IMG/VR virus record: IMGVR_UViG_3300020451_002055
Origin: a virus
Lineage: Duplodnaviria > Heunggongvirae > Uroviricota > Caudoviricetes
DNA: 64,000 nucleotides
Direction: 5' to 3' (one strand)
Positions 27,845 through 37,420 of this stretch are shown here, one piece after another. Every line of letters starts with the position of its first letter. The stretch's first letter is position 1. The position numbers and the translations under genes are program-made. The notes under the pieces are model-generated. The model saw nothing but the letters and a program-made list of their open reading frames with translations, searched no databases and was not told the origin of the DNA.

Positions 27845-28138
27845 TTACTCGGGCATCCCCATGAGATCATAAGCCGTCGAAACGGTCATTTCCGGGTTGA
27901 TGGTCTGGACGATGGCGGTCAGCATGGGGCCATCTCCAACGGCGGCATCGAACTGCTCGGGCGTAGCCTTGCCGCTCTTGAGGGCTCGCTGGTAGGTTGC
28001 GTAGAGGTCTTGGGGATCGCTGCTCTGGTCGAATCCGAAGTCGATCCAGGCGGCTCGGTCTGAGGGACCGGGGTTGAGGTCGAGGAACAGGTTGTCAACG
28101 AAACGCTTGGCGACGGGGCTACGGAACTGATGGGTCAT
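27845..28138 (-). CDS. Hypothetical protein
   Basis: AAGGAG RBS, follows dispersed element. Confidence 0.6.
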   Translation of the reverse strand: MTHQFRSPVAKRFVDNLFLDLNPGPSDRAAWIDFGFDQSSDPQDLYATYQRALKSGKATPEQFDAAVGDGPMLTAIVQTINPEMTVSTAYDLMGMPE

Positions 28139-28303
28139 TTGGAATCTCCTTTGCTCTGCGTCTCATTTGAGGTCGGGTAAAATCGGTGAGGTCTGCGTCT
28201 GTTCGGTTTCACTCATCTTATTGTCGGGTTGTTGATTCTTGGTCGCGAAAAGAAAACCCCGCCGGTTGGCGGGGCTCTTGGGTTTCGTGCCTGTTGTCTC
28301 TGG

Positions 28304-28678
28304 TCAGTTGCCGGAGAGTATGGCGATGGCTTCGGCGGGCTCGCTGTCGGAGTAGTAGACATCGAGGTTCTCATGGGGAGCGTAGCCCGCATCGAGGAAC
28401 GCCCGGTAGCGGTCGTTGTCGTAGTCCCAGGCCCTCGTGATGACGGTCTGGACATGCTCGCCGTCGATGAAGATCGTGGATGCCTCGGGGTCGAACTCGC
28501 GGCCCTGCTTGGCGGCGAAGGCGATCATCTCATCGGGCGTGATGGGATGGTTCGCATCGAGGTTGGCGGCGTTGGCTCGGGCTTCGGCGGGCTGCGTGAT
28601 GAGGCTGGCTCCGGCGACGATGGCGAACGCGGCGATGGCGAGGACGATACAGGCTTCGATCAGGGTCTTGATTCGCAT
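28304..28678 (-). CDS. Exported/membrane-anchored protein
   Basis: MRIK + hydrophobic helix + AEA. Confidence 0.6.
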   Translation of the reverse strand: MRIKTLIEACIVLAIAAFAIVAGASLITQPAEARANAANLDANHPITPDEMIAFAAKQGREFDPEASTIFIDGEHVQTVITRAWDYDNDRYRAFLDAGYAPHENLDVYYSDSEPAEAIAILSGN

Positions 28679-28821
28679 GGCTTTGGGCTCCTTTGTTTGT
28701 TTGCCTCTTGACGCTCTACATCGGGAGCTTCCATTCGTCGGTGAGGCTTGAGCCTTTACTGCACTCATCTTACTCGATAACCCTCCCTGGCGGGAGAGCC
28801 TTTACAGAATTTTGGCGTTGC

Positions 28822-29073
28822 TCAATCGAAGTAGCCTGGATCGTCGATGATTTCACCGATGGCTGTATCATGGAGGTAGTCTACGGCCCCCTCCATATCG
28901 TCGTCCTCCCCTGTCCAGCCGAAGTTGCGGGCCATGCCGGGGAAGTCGGTATCTCGCTGTACGAGGATTGTTCGGTCCTCATCAGTTGCATCCCAGTTTC
29001 CGCTCTCATCAACCTGGCAGAGGATGAAGCATCCGGGGGCTCGTCTCTGGTCTTCGTCGATCGTAATTCTCAT
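28822..29073 (-). CDS. Hypothetical protein
   Basis: AAGGAG RBS. Confidence 0.6.
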   Translation of the reverse strand: MRITIDEDQRRAPGCFILCQVDESGNWDATDEDRTILVQRDTDFPGMARNFGWTGEDDDMEGAVDYLHDTAIGEIIDDPGYFD

Positions 29074-29197
29074 GGCTGTCTCCTTTGCTCGGGAGTCAGT
29101 TGATCTCGGAGGTCATCGGTGAAGGTCTGTTTCCACTCATCTTTCTTGGGTCAACCCTCCTCGCCGCGGAAAGCGGCGATTCGGGGAGCAGGGAGGT

Positions 29198-29893
29198 TTA
29201 CAGTTTGCCGGTCGCGGCCGCGAGGGTTCCGTTGCCGCCTGCGCCGTAGACGAGGGTTCCGAGCAGCATTCCAGCCGCTTCTGAGGGTTCGCCGCTGGCT
29301 TGCTTGATGACATCGGACGAATCATCGGTCTTGCTCGGGCGGACGCTGTATCCGTTCCGATGGACGATGACGAGCAGATGATTGATGAGGGTTCCATCCT
29401 CGCCCGCAACTTTACAGGCTTGAACAGTCGTCTCATTGAGGTCGTCGCGGATTTCCGACAGGAAAGCGTTGATGGATTCGTCGTCTCGGGCTTCGAGTCG
29501 CTGCCATGCTCGCCCGTAGTCGGTCGTGGAGTAAACCGTTCCGAATCCGAGGTAGGATTCGTTGAAAGTCGATCCGCGATCGGCGAAGAACAGTTTGATT
29601 GTCAGGGCGTCGATGATTTCGCGCTTCCGCTCGCCGCGCATGAAAGAGGTCATTGTCTCGGGCACTTTGCCGAGTCCTTCGCAGCAGTCGCAATCGACCG
29701 GGTTATCCCAATCGGCGACGGTGCCCGTATAGCAGTCCTTGCAAGAGTTCTTGCCGCCGCGCTTGCCGCGCCGGGTTCCGTTGCAGGTCGGGCAGGCTTT
29801 GCGGGACGGGGCTTTGCCGATGGGCAGGCCGTTGCTTCCGCACATATGGCAGGATTCATCTTCGAGAATGATCTTGTTGCCTTCGAGTCGCAT
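29198..29893 (-). CDS. Zn-finger protein (DnaJ-type CxxCxG repeats)
   Basis: CHMC, CPTCNG, CKDC, CDCCEG. Confidence 0.65.
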   Translation of the reverse strand: MRLEGNKIILEDESCHMCGSNGLPIGKAPSRKACPTCNGTRRGKRGGKNSCKDCYTGTVADWDNPVDCDCCEGLGKVPETMTSFMRGERKREIIDALTIKLFFADRGSTFNESYLGFGTVYSTTDYGRAWQRLEARDDESINAFLSEIRDDLNETTVQACKVAGEDGTLINHLLVIVHRNGYSVRPSKTDDSSDVIKQASGEPSEAAGMLLGTLVYGAGGNGTLAAATGKL

Positions 29894-30268
29894 GGGTGTC
29901 CTCCTTGCTCATTGGACAGTCTACCATGCCTGAGGTTGATTGTCGGTGACGCTTTGGGTTGCGGGCTCCACCCATCTTTCGGGTTCTACCCTCATTCCCG
30001 CGGAATTCGCGGGCGAGGGGAGCGTGGAGGTCAGGGTCGGTCGGCCAGGTCTTTGATGAGGTCTTCCAGCCTCGGGATTACATCGGTCGTTGCGTTGACC
30101 ATGTTGGAGGTCGAGCCGTCGCCGTAGGGCTGGGCCATCTTCCGTTCAATATCCCGCTTCATGTCGCGGACCTTCTCTTCGAGGGAGTTCAACAGTTCGC
30201 CTCGGGCCTTGTCTCGTTCGTGCAGTCGCATGATTGCCTCCTTTGCTGAGAGACAGTCGTGCCCGGGT

Positions 30269-30631
30269 TCAATCGGTGAGAGTCAGAATCCGATCGTAGT
30301 AGAAGTCGCGGGCTTGGGCGAAGTCGTTGGGTTGCAGGCCCTTCGGCCAGAACTCATCGCCAACCTGCGTGGCCTCCAGACTCTCGATGCTCGGCTCGGT
30401 TCCGTCAGGCCCCATGATCGTGCCTTCGATCGGCTTCAGAGTCGCCGTTCCGAATCGCATCTCGATGATCTTCAGGTCGGACGGCGTGGCTGAGACCTGG
30501 ATCTTGGGGTTGGCGTTCCATGCTTCTCGGGGCGTCTTGAATCCGAGTCGAGCATGGATGCCGTATGTCTCGCAGTACGCCTCGAATGTCTCGAACGAAC
30601 CGTATTGACTGCGGATGGTGGTCTTGGTCAT
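30269..30631 (-). CDS. Hypothetical protein
   Basis: AAGGAG RBS. Confidence 0.6.
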   Translation of the reverse strand: MTKTTIRSQYGSFETFEAYCETYGIHARLGFKTPREAWNANPKIQVSATPSDLKIIEMRFGTATLKPIEGTIMGPDGTEPSIESLEATQVGDEFWPKGLQPNDFAQARDFYYDRILTLTD

Positions 30632-31069
30632 TGCATTGCTCCTTTGCTCTGCGGCTCATTGTTTGGCTCGATTCATCGGTGACGATCTCCACCCATCTTA
30701 TGCTATTCTTCCCTCGATGACGAGGGATTCGGTTTAGTTCGTGCATTGTCCGGGTCGGGCGTAGGCGATCATGATTCCATCGGGCGTGGGCTTCTGCTGG
30801 AAGCCGGGCGGCGTGCCCTTGAGCCATGCGACAAACCCGCTGCCATCCAGGTTGTTGGCTGTTCGCAGGTTCATCCAATCTTCGTTGGTTGAAGCGTCCT
30901 CCATTTCGAGAAGGTCGTCGTTCGTGACGCTGACGGCTTGCCCATTCTTCATCTGTTCCAGTTTGGTCATCGTTGCCTCCATTGCATCCGTCATCAGATA
31001 TGGGCGATCATCGGTGAGTCTTTGCACCCATCTTATTCGAGCGGATGCCCCATATCCGGGGCGGGCGTT

Positions 31070-31489
31070 TTACTCCTTGCTTGCCAGGTCGTCGGCGGTG
31101 AACGATGCTGCGTGGTCGGCGAGTTTCTGGGCGTTGTCCCATTGCGTGATTCGCAAGCCGGATTCGGCGGCGACTCTGCGTGCCAGTTGGGGCCAACGAT
31201 CGTCGGTGTGCCCGGTCATAACCTCATGCTTTACGCTGGCAAGCAGGTCGGCGAGTTTCTTCGCGCCGAATCGCTTGGCGGGTTCGAGAAACGCCTTGAC
31301 GCCCGTATAGGCCGTCGTGGTTCGGAACATTCCATCGACTTCGACCGGCGTGATATTGAGCCAGTAGCCTTGGGATTCGGCTCGCGGATCATGGTACGAT
31401 CCGTCATGCTTCGAGTATCGCACCTTGACTTCGATAACCTTGTTGGGTTGATCGGTCGGCAGGTCGAATGATTCGCTTCGCTTGCTCAT
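31070..31489 (-). CDS. Hypothetical protein
   Basis: AAGGAGG RBS before MSKRSES. Confidence 0.6.
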   Translation of the reverse strand: MSKRSESFDLPTDQPNKVIEVKVRYSKHDGSYHDPRAESQGYWLNITPVEVDGMFRTTTAYTGVKAFLEPAKRFGAKKLADLLASVKHEVMTGHTDDRWPQLARRVAAESGLRITQWDNAQKLADHAASFTADDLASKE

Positions 31490-31612
31490 GGTTGTCCTCC
31501 TTTGCTCATTGGACACGCATCATTGGGCCGATTCATTCGTCGGTGAAGTATCGGGTATTCACTCATCTTTCTGCTTCATCCTCGTGCCCGCGGAATTCGC
31601 GGGCCTTGAGGT

Positions 31613-31870
31613 TTAGCCAGTCTTGGCAAGGGGTTCGTGGAAGCCGCCATCCGGGTTCGGGGGCTGATAGCGTTCATAGGGGTTGTCGTGGGCGGCGGTC
31701 AGAATCGCGATCGGACAGAACACCGCTTCTCCGTCTTGGATCGTGACGCCGCAGACAGCGTATTCGATCCGACCCGTATCCGAGTCCTTGACTTCCATGA
31801 GTGCCGCGTCGCCGTTAAGAATCGCCGCCTTCAGCGTTTCAAAGTTTGCTTTCATGCCTTCGGGAATCAT
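31613..31870 (-). CDS. DUF6117-like protein
   Basis: NFETL..A..NGDAALME..D..TG...Y...NPYERY.PP pattern recalled from that family. Confidence 0.5.
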   Translation of the reverse strand: MIPEGMKANFETLKAAILNGDAALMEVKDSDTGRIEYAVCGVTIQDGEAVFCPIAILTAAHDNPYERYQPPNPDGGFHEPLAKTG

Positions 31871-31998
31871 TCGTTGCCTCCTTTGCTTCGACAATCAGCA
31901 GGCGAGCCGAACCATCGGTGAGGGTTGTTCACCCATCTTATTGTACCTACCCTCGTGCCCGCCTCGCGGCGAGCAGTTGGGGAGCAATGGAGGATGGT

Positions 31999-32496
31999 TC
32001 AGTCGGTCAGTTCGCTGGCGAGAATCTCGGGCAGAATCTCGGCAAACTTGACACCCTTGCGGCTGCGGATCTTCAGTCGGCCTTCGCGGGCGGCCCGCTT
32101 CCAGGTCTCGCGTTCCTTGTTGCGTGCCTCGTCTTTGACTTCGCGAAGCGTATGGTAGAGCGTCTGGACGAACCAGTAGCGGGCATCATCGTCGGGGCAT
32201 CGTTCGAGGGCATCGAGGATGCCTTGCCGATGGTTGCGGACGCCGGAGCCGATGGAGTAGGACTCTTGCCCGCCGCCGTGACGAACATGGAGCATCCGCG
32301 AGGTCCGATGGTTCTTCGTGATCGTGAAATGATACGAATGCGAATCGCATTGGCCGCATCGACCCGGAAGGTCGTACATGATCTCGTCATGCTCATCGAG
32401 TTCCGGGGCATGGACGGGATGGGTTGAGGGGCGGTCGTCCGGTTGCCAGCGGTAGCCGGGTTCGCCGTTGACATTGGGGTGTTCGCAGGTACACAT
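31999..32496 (-). CDS. Hypothetical protein
   Basis: 165 aa, Cys/His-rich N-terminal half. Confidence 0.6.
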   Translation of the reverse strand: MCTCEHPNVNGEPGYRWQPDDRPSTHPVHAPELDEHDEIMYDLPGRCGQCDSHSYHFTITKNHRTSRMLHVRHGGGQESYSIGSGVRNHRQGILDALERCPDDDARYWFVQTLYHTLREVKDEARNKERETWKRAAREGRLKIRSRKGVKFAEILPEILASELTD

Positions 32497-32624
32497 TGCT
32501 CTGATTCCTTTCAGCGTTCATTGCGCCGCCCGATCCATCGGTGATGGCTGTTCACCCATCTTACTGTATCGCCCTTCCCAGCCCGCTACGCCGCGGGCTA
32601 GGTCGGGATGAAATACCCCAATCG

Positions 32625-33029
32625 TCAGCAGTATACCTTCCCATCATCGCCGAGGGTCAGGTCGGTGGTTCCGAACCATTCGGAATCCTTCGTGAAGCGT
32701 TCGGTATACGGTCCCCAAAGTTCCTCGCGGGACCAGAATCCTTCGCCGTGCCCGTTGCGCGTCAGGTAGAAGTCGTGGGCCGCCCGATCGGCGATATCCC
32801 ATTCTCCGCGATTGTTGAATTCCTCGCGGGCGAGGATATACGGGCCGTTGCGGTTCCAGAATACCGTAGCGTCGGCGGTCATCTTCGCCAGGGCGTCCGG
32901 GTCGAGGTCATCGGTATCGAGGTAGACATCGTTCCCCTCGTCCCGCTGCGTGATGCCGAAATCCTCAACGGCGGTTCCGAGGTAGGATCGGACGAACGAT
33001 TCAAGGCCTGTGGTCATATTGAGTTTCAT
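32625..33029 (-). CDS. Conserved phage hypothetical protein
   Basis: HDFYLTRNGHGEGFW motif, GGAGG RBS. Confidence 0.6.
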   Translation of the reverse strand: MKLNMTTGLESFVRSYLGTAVEDFGITQRDEGNDVYLDTDDLDPDALAKMTADATVFWNRNGPYILAREEFNNRGEWDIADRAAHDFYLTRNGHGEGFWSREELWGPYTERFTKDSEWFGTTDLTLGDDGKVYC

Positions 33030-33412
33030 TGGGTTGCCTCCGTGGTTGCTTTGCTCAATAGACAGCAGGCCGCCCGATGATTCGGTGTTGGCGGGTCGTA
33101 CAGTGTCCACCCATCTTTCTAGAGGCTTGCCCCTTCCGGGGCTTTGGGTCAGACAATGTATTTCAGGTAATGCTCAACGGCCTTGCTCGGGAATCCGTCG
33201 CGGTCCGCGGCCTTGCGGAATCTTTCTCGATCGTTGCGTGACGCCTGCCAGAGACGCATCAGGGCGAAGGATCGGTTGATACCGATCATATCTTCGAGGG
33301 CGTCGGTGACGGCTTGTTCGTCGATGCCTCCGAACGGGCCTTTGAATTCTTCGGGGATCGTGTCGGCTTCTGTCATGGCTTGTTGCCTCCTTTGCTGAGT
33401 ATCATTGCCGGG

Positions 33413-33649
33413 TCAGGACGATCGGTGAATCCGCGCCTTCTGGTCCCAGAACGGTTGATACATGAACGGAAGGTCAAGCCACATGGCCTGGTCAACTTGG
33501 TTGCGGAAGGGCGTAGCCTTGAGGCCGTATCGCTCGATGATCTCGCGGGCCTTGGCGGTATCCTCCACATACAGGTCGGATTCGTGATGATCCAACTTGC
33601 ATCCCGCTTCTTGCAGGGCTTGGTGAACGGTTGGGGTTTCGTCAGACAT
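33413..33649 (-). CDS. Small phage hypothetical protein
   Basis: DHHESDLYV motif, AAGGAGG RBS. Confidence 0.6.
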   Translation of the reverse strand: MSDETPTVHQALQEAGCKLDHHESDLYVEDTAKAREIIERYGLKATPFRNQVDQAMWLDLPFMYQPFWDQKARIHRSS

Positions 33650-33761
33650 TCGTGCCTCCTTTGCTTCGATAGTCAGTAGGCGGGCGAAGCCATCGGTGAA
33701 GGGTCTAGGATTCGGTCGCACCCATCTTACCTGAGATATGCCCCTTCCGGGGCTGTTCGGG

Positions 33762-33977
33762 TTACATGAGGTTCATGAGTTCGTCTTCGGCTCCGTCGCC
33801 GAGTTCGACCAGGCCCATGAGGATTGCTTCTTCGAGGCCGTAGACGGCGGCTTCTCCGCATTCCTCGCACTCGTACTTCCGGGCGTCCGGCTCGCATCCG
33901 TCTTGGATATGGCCGCACTTCGTGCAGACTCCGTTGCCGTACTCGATATCGCCCGCTTCGACCGTTACCTTTGCCAT
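33762..33977 (-). CDS. Zn-ribbon protein
   Basis: CTKCG...CEECG. Confidence 0.6.
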   Translation of the reverse strand: MAKVTVEAGDIEYGNGVCTKCGHIQDGCEPDARKYECEECGEAAVYGLEEAILMGLVELGDGAEDELMNLM

Positions 33978-35690
33978 TGTTGGCCTCCTTTGCTGAGTAT
34001 CATTGCCAGGTCTAATTCGTCGGTGACGGTTTCGGGCCTCACTCATCTTATCGCTCATTTGACCCTTGCGGGTCGGGTCTTGTTAGCCCTCCATTTCTTC
34101 GGCTTCGCGGAGAATCCGGTTCAGCGTCTCGTTCTGGAAGTTCGGGTCAGAGGCCCGCCGGAGGTCTTGCTGTCGCTTGACTTCGGCGACGATCTGCGGA
34201 AGCAGTTGCTTCATGGTTCGGCCCTTGAACGGGCCTTCGGGTCGGTCGGGGTACTCCTGATTCAGGCGGGCGACGAGGTTGGAGGGCGTTGCCATGCGGG
34301 TCAGCCGCATCCGCCCGCCGCTCTTGACATGCATCTTGGCTGCCTGCCAGGCGGTCAGCAGCAGATAGAAACTCATGCCGCCTTGAGGCATATCGCCTCG
34401 GCCCGTAATCGTCATCCCTCCGCCTTCGTGTTGCTCGATTGGCATTGCGTTGCTCCTTTCGCTCATCATCGGGAGTCGCCGGTCGTCGGTGAAAGTCCCG
34501 GGCACCCATCTTATGCGAGCGACCCTCTTACCGCCAACGGCGGGGAGGGGAGCAATGGAGGTGGTTCAGATGGGGATGTCCTTGTCGGCTTTGTCGTCCC
34601 GCAGTTCGACGCGGACGCCCCGGATGGCTTGGATTCGCTTGGCGGCTCCGGTTGCAGCGGGCTTCGTATGGAAACTGAAACTCATGTCTCGCTCTCCGAG
34701 GCCGTATCCCGCTCCGTCGCTGCCTCGCTTGGCTGCCTTCTCGATCTGCTTGTCCTTCCCATCCGGGTCGTAACCCTCGTAGAAGGCGTTCAGCGTGTAT
34801 CGTGGTTCTTTGTCGCTCATGATCTACGCTACTGCCTCCGCGAGTTCGGTGTTGGGGACCATTTGGAACGGATCGAAGTGCCCGGGGTAGCAGTACCAGG
34901 CGACCGCCCGGTACGTGCCCTTCGCATCATCGCCGTGGACCTGTCGCAGCGTGTCAGCCGACGAGTTCGCAACCATGTCGCGGATGCTCTGCTCGCACTC
35001 CGCTTGGCTCTCGTAGGTGAACCGACCTTGACGGAAAGGCGCTGTCCAGCGGAGTTCGTCAGACGGTCCGTGCATGACGGCCCATCGAATCGGGTAGTTC
35101 TTTGTTTCGTCCTTGCTCATGTCGATCGCTTCTTGGTTCTCTTGTTCGGTGGGAAACTCGCCTACATGATACTTGTAGAGTCCATGAAGAACGGCAAGGC
35201 CCAATCGGTGTAAGGCGTCCGGCTCAGATCCGGTTGCGTCGAGAATCCTTAGCGCTCTGATGGCCGCTTGAACCTTGGACACATCCAAGATCATCCGATC
35301 GCCCATTGAGATTACGCCTTTGGCTCCTCGGGCGGCGTGACAGGTCAGGATGTCATCGAGGTTGAATCCGCTCATGTTATGCTCTTGCTGCGGAACTTGA
35401 TCGGTGAAGGAACGAACGCCAGGGCCATAATCGGGCCTCCGACGATCAGACCTGTGAAGATAATGAACCAATCTTCTCGGTTCGCTGCTGCGAGGATGAA
35501 GTATCCGAGAATCGCTGCTCCGATGAGGAAGCAGAGTGCCCGGCTGACGGTTATCGCGATCCATGCGAGTTTGTTCATGCTTGACCGTTCAGTGTTGAGC
35601 CATTCGGTGCCGAGTCCCACTCATCTTACTACGGCGTTGACCCTTGCGGGTCGTTTGGTGTCAGAGCATGTAACAGTCGCCGCCGTAGTC

Positions 35691-36057
35691 GCCGTAGTCC
35701 TCGTCGGTTGGTCAAGAAAGAAAGAAGTATTCAATGCGAGACCAAAGACAGAAAGTCCAAACCCCTTGAATGGCCAGACTAAGAACAAGACCAAGAAACC
35801 TGTCCTTGACAGCACCCATATCCACCATCATCCAGGGAATTGCATTGAGCCATCCGACAAAAAAAGTCCCACGAAGAAAACAACAACACCGTACGCAATC
35901 GTCAATGTATCTCCGAGATATAAAGCATTGATACCTGACCACCAAATCGTCGTTACTATCCATGCGAAAGTGCCAAATCCAAACTCGAAATCTTTGCTGT
36001 ATTTGCTCATATTTTACATCCTTGTTGGCGTTCTTCGGTGCAGCCGTAGTCCTCGTC
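35691..36057. repeat. 15-bp direct repeat flanking an AT-rich insert
   Basis: GCCGTAGTCCTCGTC at 35691-35705 and 36043-36057. Confidence 0.85.
35828..36010 (-). CDS. Small membrane protein in AT-rich insert
   Basis: Two hydrophobic segments. Confidence 0.5.
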   Translation of the reverse strand: MSKYSKDFEFGFGTFAWIVTTIWWSGINALYLGDTLTIAYGVVVFFVGLFLSDGSMQFPG

Positions 36058-36118
36058 CGTCAACTTTTCGGGAGGACTATTCTTTGAATGGTCGAAATAA
36101 GTCCTATGGAGGTACTTC

Positions 36119-36490
36119 ATGGGACAATACGAACGAACCAAACGCTACAAAGAAAAGAACAGAGAAAAGGTCAACGAGAATCAGCGGAAATACAGGGCTG
36201 AGAATCAGGACAAATACAAAGCATCTAGACAGAAGCGATTACAGAAGATACTTGACTGGTATCGAGACTATAAATCAACTCTGTCTTGCGAGCGATGCGG
36301 AGAATCTCACCCATCTTGCATCCAGTTCCATCATAAAGACCCTTCCGAAAAGGAAGGGCAGATTAGTCGAATGGCTCCGAGGGGAGTATCAATCGAGCGA
36401 ATCAAGGCCGAGATTGATAAATGCGAAGTTCTTTGTGCCAACTGCCATGCCAAAGAGCATTGGGATCAGAAGAATCCTCCATCACCGTAG
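36119..36490 (+). CDS. HNH (homing) endonuclease, inverted relative to neighbours
   Basis: CERCGESHPSCIQFHH...CEVLCANCHAKEH; paralog of 26449-26769. Confidence 0.88.
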   Translation: MGQYERTKRYKEKNREKVNENQRKYRAENQDKYKASRQKRLQKILDWYRDYKSTLSCERCGESHPSCIQFHHKDPSEKEGQISRMAPRGVSIERIKAEIDKCEVLCANCHAKEHWDQKNPPSP

Positions 36491-36738
36491 AGGCCATAAT
36501 CTTCATCCGTTCCGAATCCGGCGGAGCGGAGGACATCCGCATCGGCTTCGACATCATCGCGGAAGTGGTCCTCGGGACCATCGAGGCGGGGATCTTCATC
36601 ATCCGGATACTCCTCCTCGACCTGACGCTGCGTGTCGAAGTCGTCGAAGGGCTGTTCGGGGTTGCCGTAGACGGCGCAGTCATTGCTGTGGGGGCGATGT
36701 TCAGGTCCGTCCTGGGCTCCGCAGTTGCAGTTGTTCAT
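36466..36738 (-). CDS. Small acidic protein ending GTDEDYGLYGDGGFF
   Basis: AAGGAG RBS; 3' end overlaps HNH stop. Confidence 0.6.
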   Translation of the reverse strand: MNNCNCGAQDGPEHRPHSNDCAVYGNPEQPFDDFDTQRQVEEEYPDDEDPRLDGPEDHFRDDVEADADVLRSAGFGTDEDYGLYGDGGFF

Positions 36739-37102
36739 CCGTTGCTCCTTTCGCTGTACTCTGCCTTTGACCAGAGTTCGGTGCCGAAGTATCTGATCTC
36801 CCCATGAGCGATCTTCAATCGACGCTCGAACGGGGCCTCATACGGGTAGTTGCAGACAACGCCCGGGCATGAGTCGAGTTGATCGTACATCTTACGCCGC
36901 ACCTCGTCATCTGTCATGTCCTCATGGGTGACTTGGACAGATTGGATTGGCTCGCCGTTGTAGTAAAGCCATGCCGTGCGTTTCATGCTCTACCCTCGAT
37001 TCTCGGGTCTGTCGGTGAGGACCATCTCCACCCATCTTACTTGAGTCTAACCCTCTTGCCCGCGATTTCTCTTCGCGGGAGAGGGGAGCATTGGAGGACT
37101 GT

Positions 37103-37420
37103 TTACGCGATGCGGACGATGCCGCCGATGGTGTCGCCGCTCTGGGGCTGGGCATCCTTGCACATCTCGATGATCTCATCGGGGACATCGACCTCGACGG
37201 CTCCGAGGAACTTCTGCGTGGAGGCGAAGCCGGGGTGACCCTTGCCGTTGCTCAGCATCCCCTTCTTGGTCTTGAGATTGATGCTCAGGGCTCGCTTGTC
37301 GCTCTGGACGAACAGGGTTGGGTCGTCCTGACTCGCTGTGCGGCTGGGCGGGTAGACGGTCCAATCGACCTCTTTCCGCATGTTTCCGATCTTGAACTTG
37401 ACGCTCTTGAGTGCTGCCAT
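37103..37420 (-). CDS. Hypothetical protein
   Basis: AAGGAG RBS. Confidence 0.6.
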   Translation of the reverse strand: MAALKSVKFKIGNMRKEVDWTVYPPSRTASQDDPTLFVQSDKRALSINLKTKKGMLSNGKGHPGFASTQKFLGAVEVDVPDEIIEMCKDAQPQSGDTIGGIVRIA

